Source of the DNA: Promethearchaeota archaeon
GTDB lineage: Archaea; Asgardarchaeota; Thorarchaeia; Thorarchaeales; Thorarchaeaceae
Assembly (NCBI GenBank): GCA_027031765.1
Contig: JALVPN010000110.1
Coordinates: 73,936 to 105,935, forward strand
Length of the DNA stretch: 32,000 nucleotides
Direction: 5' to 3'
Shown here: in pieces, positions 21,799 through 31,778 of the stretch
Position numbering within the stretch: the first letter of the stretch is position 1
How the letters are laid out: every line of letters begins with the position of its first letter
Translations under genes and position numbers: made by a program
Notes under the pieces: model-generated
Told to the model about the DNA's origin: nothing
Seen by the model: the letters and a program-made list of their open reading frames with translations, nothing else
Database searches by the model: none

Positions 21799-24700
21799 TT
21801 GAGCGCCGAAACTGTCACCAAACGAAAAGTGGGTCTGGGCACGCTAATCAGCTCCATATTCCTGATTGCCACAGTGGTATGGGGAGCTTACTCCCTGATC
21901 CTCGTAGAAGGTGGCTATGTGCGGGCCGAAACGCCCCACGAGAAGTATGACCGGGTTGAACCATGGCCGTACAACATCGACTGGGCGGGTGGGCACCGTT
22001 TCTGGTTTGACAACCTCAACTATAGTGGCCTCAATATGAACGACCCGTTGCCGCCAGACCTGCTCAACAACGACACATTTGACACCACACTGTTTGTAGT
22101 GTCTCCAGTTGACCCACCGCAGCTGTGGCGGAGCAGTGCGTTCGACGACTATGACGGGCATACATGGTCAAAGAGCATGAACAGCTCGTCCCCGGTCACA
22201 CCAATCACGCGGTCTGATGCAGAGGCCCTCGGTAACACAATCTACACGGTCTATCTCAATATTACTGCCGGGCCAAATGTGGGGAGCATTGAACTGCCAA
22301 TCCTGTTTCCCGAGATACAGATTGTTGACGGCTCCCTCCATGCATATCCTGAGGAGCGGCTCCTGGAGTATTCTCTCCAGACTGATGACTACAACACGCT
22401 ACTGTTCAACCCCCTTGTAGAGGGTGAAACCGGGTCGTCCCTCCTCGTGAGTTTCGATGTCACATATACCGTACAGGACCTTGCATACATTGCTCAGAAC
22501 GCGCTGACAAAAGACCGCGTCCCCCCCTCAGTCCGTGACACGTACGCCACCCTCAACATCGAGCTGTCGGACAATGTCCTCAACGAGATCTCTCAGTTCG
22601 ACAGCGTGGGTTCCAACGTATACGAGACCGCCATGGCCGTACAGGCCTACTTTGCTATGAACTATGAGCTCAAGCTCGAACAGTACCAGGAACGGCCCGG
22701 GCCGGATGAGGAGGTGACGGACTGGTTCATCCAGCGTGGCGGTGGTCTTCCGATGGACTTTGCCACCGCCTACTGTGTGTTCATGAGGGCACTGGGAATT
22801 CCCGCGCGAGTGGTATATGGCTTCGCCGTGGGCGACAGGGTCAACGACGAGCACCGGGCAATCAAAGTCAAACACATGATGTTCTGGGCGGAAGTGTATG
22901 TGCCACTCGTCGGCGGCGGCCAGTGGGTCCAGGTCTTGCCACTACCTGTCCCAGAGGTGCCAGAGAACACAGCTCACGGCAACCTTGTCCTTCACGTGTT
23001 CCCCGACATTGACCCGCCGTGGACTATGATTGGCACTGGGTTCAACCTCAACGCAGTCCTCTTGGCCGACTCCGTGCCCACAGGTATCGGGGCCGCAATC
23101 ACGTTCGCTGACGAAACAGATGAGGTTCCGATTGGCACGGCAATAATCCAGGACTTTGGTGGCACCCCGATGGCAAGGATTGAGTACACGTTTCCCGAAG
23201 GCGCAACTGCCGGGCCACACAACATCTCTGCCACCTACTACTCGTCGACCGGTGTCGTGAGGGGCTCCACTTTGGTGTATGCAGTTGCGCAGCCGGAACC
23301 CCTGAATGACCGGGTGCCACCACCGGCGCGCGATGGGCCTGGGGCTACGGCTGACGGCTTTGTAGTCTCGGATACAATAGATGTGAACATCAAGCTGGCA
23401 CTGGACAACTACACTGCATACTGGGAAGACACAATCCATGTGCACGGTGTCCTGACGTACGGTGGCAACCCCGTCGATGGTACCACCCTGAACAACGACC
23501 AGATGGAGATATACTGGGACGGCGAGTGGTGGGGGAATGCGACAATTCAGGCCGACGGGAGCTATGCGCTCGACATCTATGCCGACCCGGCTGATGTCAG
23601 TAGGATGCGGCTCGGCCAGCATGAGATCTACTCGTACTATGCTGGCGAGGTCGACCCCGTGACGGGCTTCCCAATCTATCTCCCTGCAACATCGGACACC
23701 TCGGTCGTCACCCTCCATGGCAGAACGCGTTTCAACCTGCAGGTCTCACCGAACCCGGCTGGCCGGCGTGCTACTCTGCGTTACGAGGGACGCCTGGAAC
23801 TGCTCAACGGGACGCCCCTCCCGGGCCGAACGGTATCGGCATGGTTCAACTTCAGTACTGTTGACACGGTCGTCACAAACAGCACTGGGGGCTTTACTGC
23901 AGAGTATGTAGTCCCCGACGACCACCCACCTGGCACCTTCCCCGCAAACATGAGCTGGTCATCAAATGTCCCCCTAGTTGACAGCTCGTCCAGTGAAACT
24001 GTATGGGTTGATATCATTGCTATCAGTACAGTCCTGACCATCAACTCCACACCAAAGGATCCATCAGTAGTCCACATCCACGAGAACATCACCATCTTCG
24101 GCTACCTCAGGGCCAATAATGGCACCGGGCTGCCTGGCCTGCCAGTATCAATATGGTGGCATGGTTCAATCATTGCGAACGTGACTACTGGGGCCGATGG
24201 CTACTATGAGTACGAGTATCAGGTGCCAGCCGGATACGAGGGCATTGTCAACTACTTCACGAGCTTCGACCAGCCTGGTAGTGGGTATGAGCCCAGCACA
24301 TCTGACACCCTCCAAATCCGTGTACAGAAGTGGCGAGCTGAAGTACACATCACAGTTACATCAGGGCCACTGCGGCTACTGCAGAACGTGACTATCCAGG
24401 GCTATGTGTTACTGCCGGAGGGCCCGTTGCTCCTTGGCAATGCAAGGGTGACAATCTGGTGGGCATCATCGTCGGGTACGCAGAACCTCACGGCCGCAGT
24501 GACTGACAGTGCAACCGGCATCTTCACGTACAACTACACAGTCCCCATTGACCACCCGTTCGGCACGGTCACGATTACCGGCGAGTTCGTTTCCCCCTCC
24601 GTTGAGATTGTGAGCAACACCTCACTGCCAGAGTACCGTGTTGTGACGAACTACGCCACCGTACTCTCAGGACAGTCGAATGCCACAGCCTACTACCTCA

Positions 24701-27700
24701 ACGAGACCGTGTACATATCCGGTCGTCTCACGTTCGAGCATAATGGGTCTGGCATTGGTGGCCAGACACTCTCTCTCCGGTGGGACAACGGCACTGTGCA
24801 GACCTTTGACGTGACCACCAACGCCACCGGGTACTTTGAGTTCACCTATCCGCTGTTGCTCACAGATGGGCCCGCAGCGCTCCATGTGACAATCAACTTC
24901 ACGGCACCGTCTAGGTTGTTCAATGGTTCGGTGACCACACTGGACATCACACTCCGGCTCTATGACACCAGTTTTGCGACCGCCCTGAACAGCACGGAGT
25001 ACCATCTCGACGAGGTCTTGGAGTTCTCGGGGACGCTCCGTTTCACCGAGAGCATGAAGCCCATCGCTGGTGCCACCGTTTCAGTCTTCTACAAGAATGC
25101 AACGGGCACCTACCAGTTCGTCAAGGTCACGGACTCGTCCGGGTCTTTTGTCTTCCACTACAACTTCTCACTGAGTGATGCTCTGGGCGCAATATACCTC
25201 TGGGCGTGGTACAACAGCACCGACCCGCTCTGGGACGACGCACTTTCAGCAAATGAGACCGCGACCCTGATCCTGTACAGGTTCACACTCACCTTGTCCA
25301 CCAATGCCACGCGCTACCACCTCAACGAGACCGCTCATGTGTGGGGTCGTCTAGTCTTCGAACATAATGGCACTGCTCTCTCCGGCCAACAAATCCGCAT
25401 CTGGTGGGGCAACGGCACGGTACCGACGCCGGTGTTCGAGTGGTACGTGACGGACGCGTCCGGCTACTTCCAGTTCTACTACAACTTCACGACCGCAGAT
25501 GCTGTCACCGACATAACTGTGCAGGCCGAGTTCATCAACGCGAACCCGTTGTGGGACAACGCCACATCCACACCGAAGACTATCAACACACAACTGTACC
25601 AGTTCGTGTTGACCCTGTTCCTTAACGATACCTACTACTATCTGAATGAGACCGCACTTGTCTGGGGCCGTCTCACATATCAGGCCAATGGCGCCCCTGT
25701 GAGTGGCCAGCAGATACGCATCTGGTGGGACAACGGCACGGTGCCGACGCCGGTGTTCGAGTGGTACGTGACGAACGCGTCCGGCTACTTCCAGTTCTAC
25801 TACAACTTCACGACCGCAGATGCTGTCACCGACATAACTGTGCAGGCCGAGTTCATCAACGCGAACCCGTTGTGGGACAATGCCACATCGTCGCCTGCAG
25901 TAGTCGACACGAGGCTCTACGCATTTGTCCTAACAGTCTTTGCAAATGAAACCGCCTACTATCTCAACCAGACCGTATATATCTGGGGCCGTCTCACGTA
26001 CCAAGAGAATGGAGCACCTGTTACCAATCAGCAGGTCCGCATCTGGTGGGACAACGGCACGGTACCGACGCCGGTGTTCGAGTGGTACGTGACGAACGCA
26101 TCCGGCTACTTCCACTTCTACTATCCTCTCTCGACCAACGATGCTGTCGGCACTGTCGTGGTCACTGCAGAGTTCATCAACACGAACCCGCTATGGGACA
26201 ACGCGACATCAAGCGGACTGTCGATTGACCTGCAGCTGTATCAACTCAATTTGACAATTAGTATTCCTGCCAATGCATTCTTGGCTGAGGGTGTTACAAT
26301 GCAGGGTACACTGACATATGCTGGCGGCTCGCCACCGTTTGCTGGTGCCACCGTGAACATATACCTCCTGCAGGGGACGACGTGGGTGACAGTGGGCTCG
26401 TGCATCACGAACTCTTCAGGTCACTTCTCGTTCACATACAACTTTACTGTGCCACCAGACGGGCCTGGTGTGTACCGTTTCAAGTTCAACACGACTACTG
26501 GACCACTATACAATGACACTGAGAGCGGGCCATACGACGTCGACGTCACGCGGTACACGGTCGTCGTCGACCTTGTCCTGAGCTCTACCTCTCCGCATCT
26601 GAACGAGACGATTGTGTTCACAGTGCATGCGTACTTCTCCCACAATGGGTCAGCACTGCAGGGTGCCGAAATCCTGCTTGTCTGGTACAACGACACCGAG
26701 CACGTAGTCCAACACCTCGTAACGAACAGCACGGGTCACGCCGTCTGGACGGCCTCCGGCTTTCACGACCACACATTCCTCACGGGAATCCTTGTGTGGG
26801 CCCACTATGCTGGCAACGACATAATCGACGCCGCAAACTCGACATCGCAGTCTGTGTCCCTCCGCCGGTGGGTGACTGCAGTCCAGTCCTTCAGTACGGG
26901 CGGTGTGTCCGACGTCCATGCATTTGACATCGTCCAGATCACTGGTCAGCTCGTATACGACTTGGGTGGCGGTTCCACGGTCCCGTTTGTCGGGGCCCAG
27001 GTGGAGGTGCTACTGAACGGCACGGTCGTTGCAGTTGTCAATACCCTCGGTGATGGCAGTTTTGCAGTCGACTGGCTCGTGCCAGCAGATACCGTTGCGG
27101 GGTACTATGAACTGACGGCGAGGTTCGTGTCCACTGTCAACTGGATTGAGAACTGTAGCAGTCCCTCCCTAGGCCTCCGTGTCGTCCAGTACGACCTGGA
27201 TGTAGACATTGAGGTGACACCGGGGCATGTGTATCTCACGTCGCAGCTCAACATTACGACTGTGCTCACACTGAGCAATGGCACTCCCTATGCCAACGCC
27301 CCTGTGGCACTGTACTGGAACCACCTCAACGATGACGGGGGCCCACAACTGATTGCAGTTGTAATGACCGACCAGTACGGCAAGTTGACCTATCTGTTCC
27401 AGGTCCCAGAGTCCGTGCCACTGGGCGCCACCAGCGTGTGGGCGAACTGCACCCCACCGGTCACATACATCAGCTCATCCCAGTCTGCAGTCATCGACAT
27501 ACAGGTCTTACAGATGTCCGTATGCCTGTCCATCGAGTCACAACAGTACTCCGTAGGAGTCGGTGACACGCTGACCATCACCGGGACCATACTGATGTGC
27601 AACGGCACCCCGCTGTCTGGATATCCTGTGGAGTTCTGGTGGACGAACACTTCCAGAGTCCTGATTGGTACTGTGACGAGTGGTCCTGATGGCTCGTTCA

Positions 27701-28887
27701 CGTTCGAATTTGACATCCCGTGGCGACACCAGGTGGGCCCTGTGGCATGCAATACGGTGTTCGTCAGCACTAGGGCTGCACTGGCAACGAACAGCAGCAA
27801 CACTCTGGCACTCACCATCACACATGCTGTGTGGGTCGAACTCGACGACCAGACGGTGTTCGAGCTGACCCCCGGTGACATCCTCACAGTATCTGGTGTG
27901 GTCATGGATGCCTTTGGCCCCATCCCGGACTTCACCATAGACGTGATGGCGAATGGGAGTGTCGTGGCCCAGTCGAGCTCGTTCTCAGGTGACGGCTCGT
28001 TCTCGGTCTCGTTCACAGTCAGTCCATCCGTCCCCCTCGGGAGGTACATAATCGTGGTTGCAGTGAGCAACGAGTACTTTGTGACAACACATAGTGACAC
28101 TTGGATGGTACTGGTCACACTGCCGACGTCCCTGTCAGTCACTGTTTCGAGTCCTTCTGCCCTCATGCCTGGTGAGTCGTTCACGGTTTCGGTGTCCCTC
28201 CGTGACGCCCGTGACGACCCGGTGGGTCAGGCGACAGTCATCCTCTATTTGACCAACAACGATACCGAGATAGTCCTGGGCACCTTTGAGACCGACGACG
28301 AGGGCACTGTGTTCACCACCTCTGTTGTACCGTCCTCGTTCACGGCAGATGGCATCTTCTGGGTACGGGCAGAGTTCCAGGGTGTGGACTTCCGGCGGGA
28401 CAGCGAAGACATCTCGCCCACACCCGTCCACGTCTTCACCGACGTACGTGTGACTAACCTGACCCCATCTGTTGTGCAGGTCAACAGCACGTTCCAGATC
28501 CGGTTCAACCTGACTGATGTGAACGGCATACCTATTGAGAGGCGTCCTGTTGAGATACACCTCGACAACACGACGTTCCAGACCATCACTTCCCGTGACG
28601 GCCTTGTCGAGTTCACGGTGCAGGCGCCGGGACACGAGGGTGTGATGCACTACTACGTAGTCGTGCCGTCCTCGGTTGCAGAAGACCTCCAGTCAGAAGA
28701 GTTCACAATCTCTGTGAGTGCAGGAGTGACCTCAGGCCTCGTGATGGTGTATGTATCTATCACCGCAATTGTTATTGAGGCTGTAGTTGCAATTGTGTTG
28801 GTGATACGACACAGGCGCTCACATGTCCACTATGTGACTGTGTCCTCCAAGGGGACGCGAACAGCTACTCTAAGTGGCACTCTGTGA
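21799..28887 (+). CDS. Giant membrane-anchored surface protein: N-terminal TM/signal, TgpA-like (pseudo)transglutaminase domain, long array of ~105-aa Ig-like beta repeats, C-terminal TM
   Basis: Hydrophobic segment GLGTLISSIFLIATVVWGAYSLILV; LWRSSAFDDYDGHTW; MRALGIPARVVYGF...WAEVYVP; recurring Y[YH]L[ND]ET..G.L modules with many N-x-S/T sequons; C-terminal LVMVYVSITAIVIEAVVAIVLVIRHRR. Probable TTG start at 21799 after GAGGT (the ORF track starts at 21754). Confidence 0.85.
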   Translation: MSAETVTKRKVGLGTLISSIFLIATVVWGAYSLILVEGGYVRAETPHEKYDRVEPWPYNIDWAGGHRFWFDNLNYSGLNMNDPLPPDLLNNDTFDTTLFVVSPVDPPQLWRSSAFDDYDGHTWSKSMNSSSPVTPITRSDAEALGNTIYTVYLNITAGPNVGSIELPILFPEIQIVDGSLHAYPEERLLEYSLQTDDYNTLLFNPLVEGETGSSLLVSFDVTYTVQDLAYIAQNALTKDRVPPSVRDTYATLNIELSDNVLNEISQFDSVGSNVYETAMAVQAYFAMNYELKLEQYQERPGPDEEVTDWFIQRGGGLPMDFATAYCVFMRALGIPARVVYGFAVGDRVNDEHRAIKVKHMMFWAEVYVPLVGGGQWVQVLPLPVPEVPENTAHGNLVLHVFPDIDPPWTMIGTGFNLNAVLLADSVPTGIGAAITFADETDEVPIGTAIIQDFGGTPMARIEYTFPEGATAGPHNISATYYSSTGVVRGSTLVYAVAQPEPLNDRVPPPARDGPGATADGFVVSDTIDVNIKLALDNYTAYWEDTIHVHGVLTYGGNPVDGTTLNNDQMEIYWDGEWWGNATIQADGSYALDIYADPADVSRMRLGQHEIYSYYAGEVDPVTGFPIYLPATSDTSVVTLHGRTRFNLQVSPNPAGRRATLRYEGRLELLNGTPLPGRTVSAWFNFSTVDTVVTNSTGGFTAEYVVPDDHPPGTFPANMSWSSNVPLVDSSSSETVWVDIIAISTVLTINSTPKDPSVVHIHENITIFGYLRANNGTGLPGLPVSIWWHGSIIANVTTGADGYYEYEYQVPAGYEGIVNYFTSFDQPGSGYEPSTSDTLQIRVQKWRAEVHITVTSGPLRLLQNVTIQGYVLLPEGPLLLGNARVTIWWASSSGTQNLTAAVTDSATGIFTYNYTVPIDHPFGTVTITGEFVSPSVEIVSNTSLPEYRVVTNYATVLSGQSNATAYYLNETVYISGRLTFEHNGSGIGGQTLSLRWDNGTVQTFDVTTNATGYFEFTYPLLLTDGPAALHVTINFTAPSRLFNGSVTTLDITLRLYDTSFATALNSTEYHLDEVLEFSGTLRFTESMKPIAGATVSVFYKNATGTYQFVKVTDSSGSFVFHYNFSLSDALGAIYLWAWYNSTDPLWDDALSANETATLILYRFTLTLSTNATRYHLNETAHVWGRLVFEHNGTALSGQQIRIWWGNGTVPTPVFEWYVTDASGYFQFYYNFTTADAVTDITVQAEFINANPLWDNATSTPKTINTQLYQFVLTLFLNDTYYYLNETALVWGRLTYQANGAPVSGQQIRIWWDNGTVPTPVFEWYVTNASGYFQFYYNFTTADAVTDITVQAEFINANPLWDNATSSPAVVDTRLYAFVLTVFANETAYYLNQTVYIWGRLTYQENGAPVTNQQVRIWWDNGTVPTPVFEWYVTNASGYFHFYYPLSTNDAVGTVVVTAEFINTNPLWDNATSSGLSIDLQLYQLNLTISIPANAFLAEGVTMQGTLTYAGGSPPFAGATVNIYLLQGTTWVTVGSCITNSSGHFSFTYNFTVPPDGPGVYRFKFNTTTGPLYNDTESGPYDVDVTRYTVVVDLVLSSTSPHLNETIVFTVHAYFSHNGSALQGAEILLVWYNDTEHVVQHLVTNSTGHAVWTASGFHDHTFLTGILVWAHYAGNDIIDAANSTSQSVSLRRWVTAVQSFSTGGVSDVHAFDIVQITGQLVYDLGGGSTVPFVGAQVEVLLNGTVVAVVNTLGDGSFAVDWLVPADTVAGYYELTARFVSTVNWIENCSSPSLGLRVVQYDLDVDIEVTPGHVYLTSQLNITTVLTLSNGTPYANAPVALYWNHLNDDGGPQLIAVVMTDQYGKLTYLFQVPESVPLGATSVWANCTPPVTYISSSQSAVIDIQVLQMSVCLSIESQQYSVGVGDTLTITGTILMCNGTPLSGYPVEFWWTNTSRVLIGTVTSGPDGSFTFEFDIPWRHQVGPVACNTVFVSTRAALATNSSNTLALTITHAVWVELDDQTVFELTPGDILTVSGVVMDAFGPIPDFTIDVMANGSVVAQSSSFSGDGSFSVSFTVSPSVPLGRYIIVVAVSNEYFVTTHSDTWMVLVTLPTSLSVTVSSPSALMPGESFTVSVSLRDARDDPVGQATVILYLTNNDTEIVLGTFETDDEGTVFTTSVVPSSFTADGIFWVRAEFQGVDFRRDSEDISPTPVHVFTDVRVTNLTPSVVQVNSTFQIRFNLTDVNGIPIERRPVEIHLDNTTFQTITSRDGLVEFTVQAPGHEGVMHYYVVVPSSVAEDLQSEEFTISVSAGVTSGLVMVYVSITAIVIEAVVAIVLVIRHRRSHVHYVTVSSKGTRTATLSGTL
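25315..26277 (+). repeat. Three tandem 321-bp (107-aa) intragenic repeats with near-identical cores
   Basis: The CGCATCTGGTGG core starts at 25396, 25717 and 26038 (period 321); 25396-25568 versus 25717-25889 differ at only 4 of 173 positions. Confidence 0.95.
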
Positions 28888-28894
28888 TGCGTGG

Positions 28895-29350
28895 ATGGTG
28901 GTACTGGTGCAGATTGGGTCTGTCTTGCCGTTCGTTGCCCTTGCGGGCGCGGTGATTGTTGTACTGCTCTACCTGTACTATGTCAAGGGGATGTTCCGTG
29001 TGGCGCCCCGTGCTGTCAAACTTGACCTTGCAGGCAAGATGCGGAACATCAAGAAACTCATGGATGCTGGGAAGTATGCTGCAGCAATCACCCTTGCCTA
29101 CCGGACATTCGAGCAGATGTGTGGCGCACGGATTGGTTCAGAGCGTACCAATTCCGAGACCGCCCGCGAGTACATCGAACGTGTACTCAAGGTAATCCCC
29201 CTCGACCCAGTGGCCGTTGACGCATTCACCTCTGTCTACGAGGAGGCACGGTTCTCAGGTCACGAGATTACAAGGGAACAGTGCGAATATGCAATCCGTG
29301 TGTTCACTGACCTGTACCCCAAGGTCGACCTCAGTATCGCCACGGAATAG
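28895..29350 (+). CDS. DUF4129-domain membrane protein
   Basis: N-terminal TM, then AAAITLAYRTFEQ...SETAREY...FTSVYEEARFSGHEIT; probable ATG start at 28895. Confidence 0.85.
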   Translation: MVVLVQIGSVLPFVALAGAVIVVLLYLYYVKGMFRVAPRAVKLDLAGKMRNIKKLMDAGKYAAAITLAYRTFEQMCGARIGSERTNSETAREYIERVLKVIPLDPVAVDAFTSVYEEARFSGHEITREQCEYAIRVFTDLYPKVDLSIATE

Positions 29351-29360
29351 CTGGTGACCC

Positions 29361-30755
29361 GTGATGGGATTGAAAGAGACCGTTCAGATTTCGTTGTTCA
29401 TTCTCTCGTGGGTGCCCATCGGTTTCCTAGTGGGGGCCACAGTGTTCAACGTGAACTCCACATACTCGTATGACTTCTCAATCTACAACAACGACTGGAA
29501 CGGACTCAGCAACTTCCGTAATGCCATAGAAGACAGTGGCCACGAGGTGTACTCCATTCAGACCTCGATGAGCGTTATTTCAAGGTACAATGGTTCAGCG
29601 GTGCTGGTCATCATGGGCCCCGTGAAGGACTTCAGCATAGACACGGTGTTCACGATATTCAACCACATCATGGCCGGGGGTCGCGTGCTCATAGCCGACG
29701 ACTTCGGGACGGCTAACTCGTCCTTCTACTGGCTGAACAACTACCTGGCAGGAGTCCTTGGTGCCCAGCTCCCTGAGGGAATCCATGGCTTTGTGTCCTT
29801 CACCGGTGGTGTCCTGCTCGACCTGGACTCGTACGAGGTCAGCCCCAAGCTCCCCGTAATCCGGCACTTTGCGGCCGGTTCCGACAACGGTGCAATTACC
29901 GCCGGTGTGCACGAGGTGTACCTGAACTGGGCATCGACCCTGAGTCCGAGGTGCCTGCTAGGTGCCTTCGGGATTGCCTGGACCACTCGTAGGGCGTGGT
30001 GCGAGTCCAACATCACTGACCCAAACCCGTACCCGGACGAGGGCGAGTGGGCAGGCGTACTACCTGTTGCCGGTGCTCTCTCCGTACCCACAGATGGCCC
30101 CCGCGACGGACGGCTCGTGGCCGTGAGCGACCCGAGCCTGTTCAACAATGATATGTGGGACCGTGGTGACAACGCGCGTTTCGCCATGAACATCATCGAC
30201 TGGCTGACCAATGGTGACCCGGACATCCCTGTGGTGTTCTGCGAGCACTTGTTGGAAGTCCCGGTCACGTCCGCTGAGTTCTTCTATGGCATTTACTTGT
30301 CAAGGGCCCTGTGGATGACCACCCAGCCACTCCTTGCACCAATGTACCCGATGGTCACACTGGTCGGCATCAAGAAGTATCTCCCGGACATGAAGAAGCC
30401 AGAGGTGCGGAGCGTTTCTGAGGTGTTCCTGCGACGGGGCCAGACGTACTTCTCTGAGCGCCTGCAGTATTACCGGACGGAGGGGAACTATGCCCGCGTA
30501 GTGAGGATGATATACCGCAAGCTGCGTCGAGATATAAGGCGGACGTACATGTGGTCCGACTTTGATGTCGCCAAGGTCTGGGAGATAATGCATGCCAAAG
30601 ACCCCTCCCTCAAACAGAGCGACTTCTTCAGGACAATTGAGCGGATTGAAGAGATAAGCTCCAAGTCCGGGATGAAGATCCGGGAGAATGAACTGATGAA
30701 CCTGTTCTTCTTCATGCGTGATATCTCAGCAAAGCTCGTAGAGTCAAGAATGTGA
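29361..30755 (+). CDS. DUF4350-domain membrane protein
   Basis: TM segment, FSIYNNDWNGLSNF, GGRVLIADDFGTANS, GRLVAVSDPSLFNNDM and a second TM; start is GTG 29361 or ATG 29364. Confidence 0.8.
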   Translation: MMGLKETVQISLFILSWVPIGFLVGATVFNVNSTYSYDFSIYNNDWNGLSNFRNAIEDSGHEVYSIQTSMSVISRYNGSAVLVIMGPVKDFSIDTVFTIFNHIMAGGRVLIADDFGTANSSFYWLNNYLAGVLGAQLPEGIHGFVSFTGGVLLDLDSYEVSPKLPVIRHFAAGSDNGAITAGVHEVYLNWASTLSPRCLLGAFGIAWTTRRAWCESNITDPNPYPDEGEWAGVLPVAGALSVPTDGPRDGRLVAVSDPSLFNNDMWDRGDNARFAMNIIDWLTNGDPDIPVVFCEHLLEVPVTSAEFFYGIYLSRALWMTTQPLLAPMYPMVTLVGIKKYLPDMKKPEVRSVSEVFLRRGQTYFSERLQYYRTEGNYARVVRMIYRKLRRDIRRTYMWSDFDVAKVWEIMHAKDPSLKQSDFFRTIERIEEISSKSGMKIRENELMNLFFFMRDISAKLVESRM

Positions 30756-30756
30756 G

Positions 30757-31752
30757 GTGTTAGAAGAGATGACACAGAGTATGCCCGGCAGTAGTACCAG
30801 AGGAACACCATCCATGACAATCGATGAGGTCCATGCCCTCTCCTCGGAGATCATCCGGGAGTGTAACAGAGTCATTGTTGGCAAGGGGGAGATACTGACA
30901 AACATCCTCATTGCCTTCCTGTCCAATGGTCACGTTGTACTTGAGGGCGTCCCCGGTCTGGCAAAGACCTACATGGCACGGACATTTGCCTCAATCCTCG
31001 GCTGTGCCTTCAAGCGGATTCAACTCACCGTTGACACGTTGCCCGCAGACATCCTCGGGAGCAATGTGTTCAACCAGAAGAGCGGTGAGTTCTGGTTCCG
31101 CAAGGGGCCGGTGTTTGCCAACCTTGTCCTTGCCGACGAGATAAACCGGTGTCCCCCGAAGTCGCAGAGTGCCCTCCTTGAGGTGATGGAAGAACGTCAG
31201 GTCTCTATTGAGGGTGTGACCAGGAAGCTACCAGAGCCGTTCCTGATAATTGCCACACAGAACCCCGTTGAGCAGGAGGGCACATACCCCCTTCCCGAGG
31301 CCCAGCTTGACAGGTTCATGTTCAGGCTTATACTGGACTACCCGACCAGCAGCGAGGAGGCCGAGATTGTCCGGCGGAAGCACATCGGTGAGGTGACCGA
31401 CCTGCGTGTCCTCGCGGATCCGGCAACTATCATAGCCATGCAGAGGACCTGTCAGACCGTCTACCTCGACGAGGACATCATCAACTACATCCGTGACATC
31501 ATCGTCCGCACACGCAATGACCCCCAAATCCTGCTCGGCGGCTCTCCAAGAGCGTCCATCGTCCTGATGTCCGCATCAAAGACCCGGGCTGCCATGCACG
31601 GCCGTGACTATGTGATACCAGAAGATGTCAGGAAACTGACAGTCCAGGCGCTGAACCACCGGCTGATACTGAAGCCCGAGGCCGAGCTGGAAGGGCAGAC
31701 AGTAGAGCGAGTGATTGCAAAGATCCTCGGCGAAGTGGACTGTCCAAGGTAG
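30757..31752 (+). CDS. moxR: MoxR family AAA+ ATPase (MoxR-proper type)
   Basis: GHVVLEGVPGLAKT, LPADILG, LVLADEINRCPPKSQSALLEVMEERQVS, ATQNPVEQEGTYPLPEAQLDRF and GGSPRAS; the start could be further in (30769 or 30814). Confidence 0.96.
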   Translation: MLEEMTQSMPGSSTRGTPSMTIDEVHALSSEIIRECNRVIVGKGEILTNILIAFLSNGHVVLEGVPGLAKTYMARTFASILGCAFKRIQLTVDTLPADILGSNVFNQKSGEFWFRKGPVFANLVLADEINRCPPKSQSALLEVMEERQVSIEGVTRKLPEPFLIIATQNPVEQEGTYPLPEAQLDRFMFRLILDYPTSSEEAEIVRRKHIGEVTDLRVLADPATIIAMQRTCQTVYLDEDIINYIRDIIVRTRNDPQILLGGSPRASIVLMSASKTRAAMHGRDYVIPEDVRKLTVQALNHRLILKPEAELEGQTVERVIAKILGEVDCPR

Positions 31753-31778
31753 TCGACCGATGGTATGAGGAATGTCCG

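Noticed and set aside
25396-26114. Diversity-generating retroelement template/variable repeat pair, or a CRISPR array
   Set aside because: Differences between copies go in both directions (G/A, A/G, G/A, C/T) rather than being adenine-specific, there is no reverse transcriptase in the window, and the repeats are in-frame 321-bp coding units rather than 25-45-bp repeats with unique spacers.
22942-28650. Long antisense ORFs under the giant gene (e.g. 22942-23718, 27390-28184, 28135-28650)
   Set aside because: These are shadow frames expected from high GC at third codon positions; they have no motifs or ribosome-binding sites. The same applies to most short overlapping ORFs in the track.
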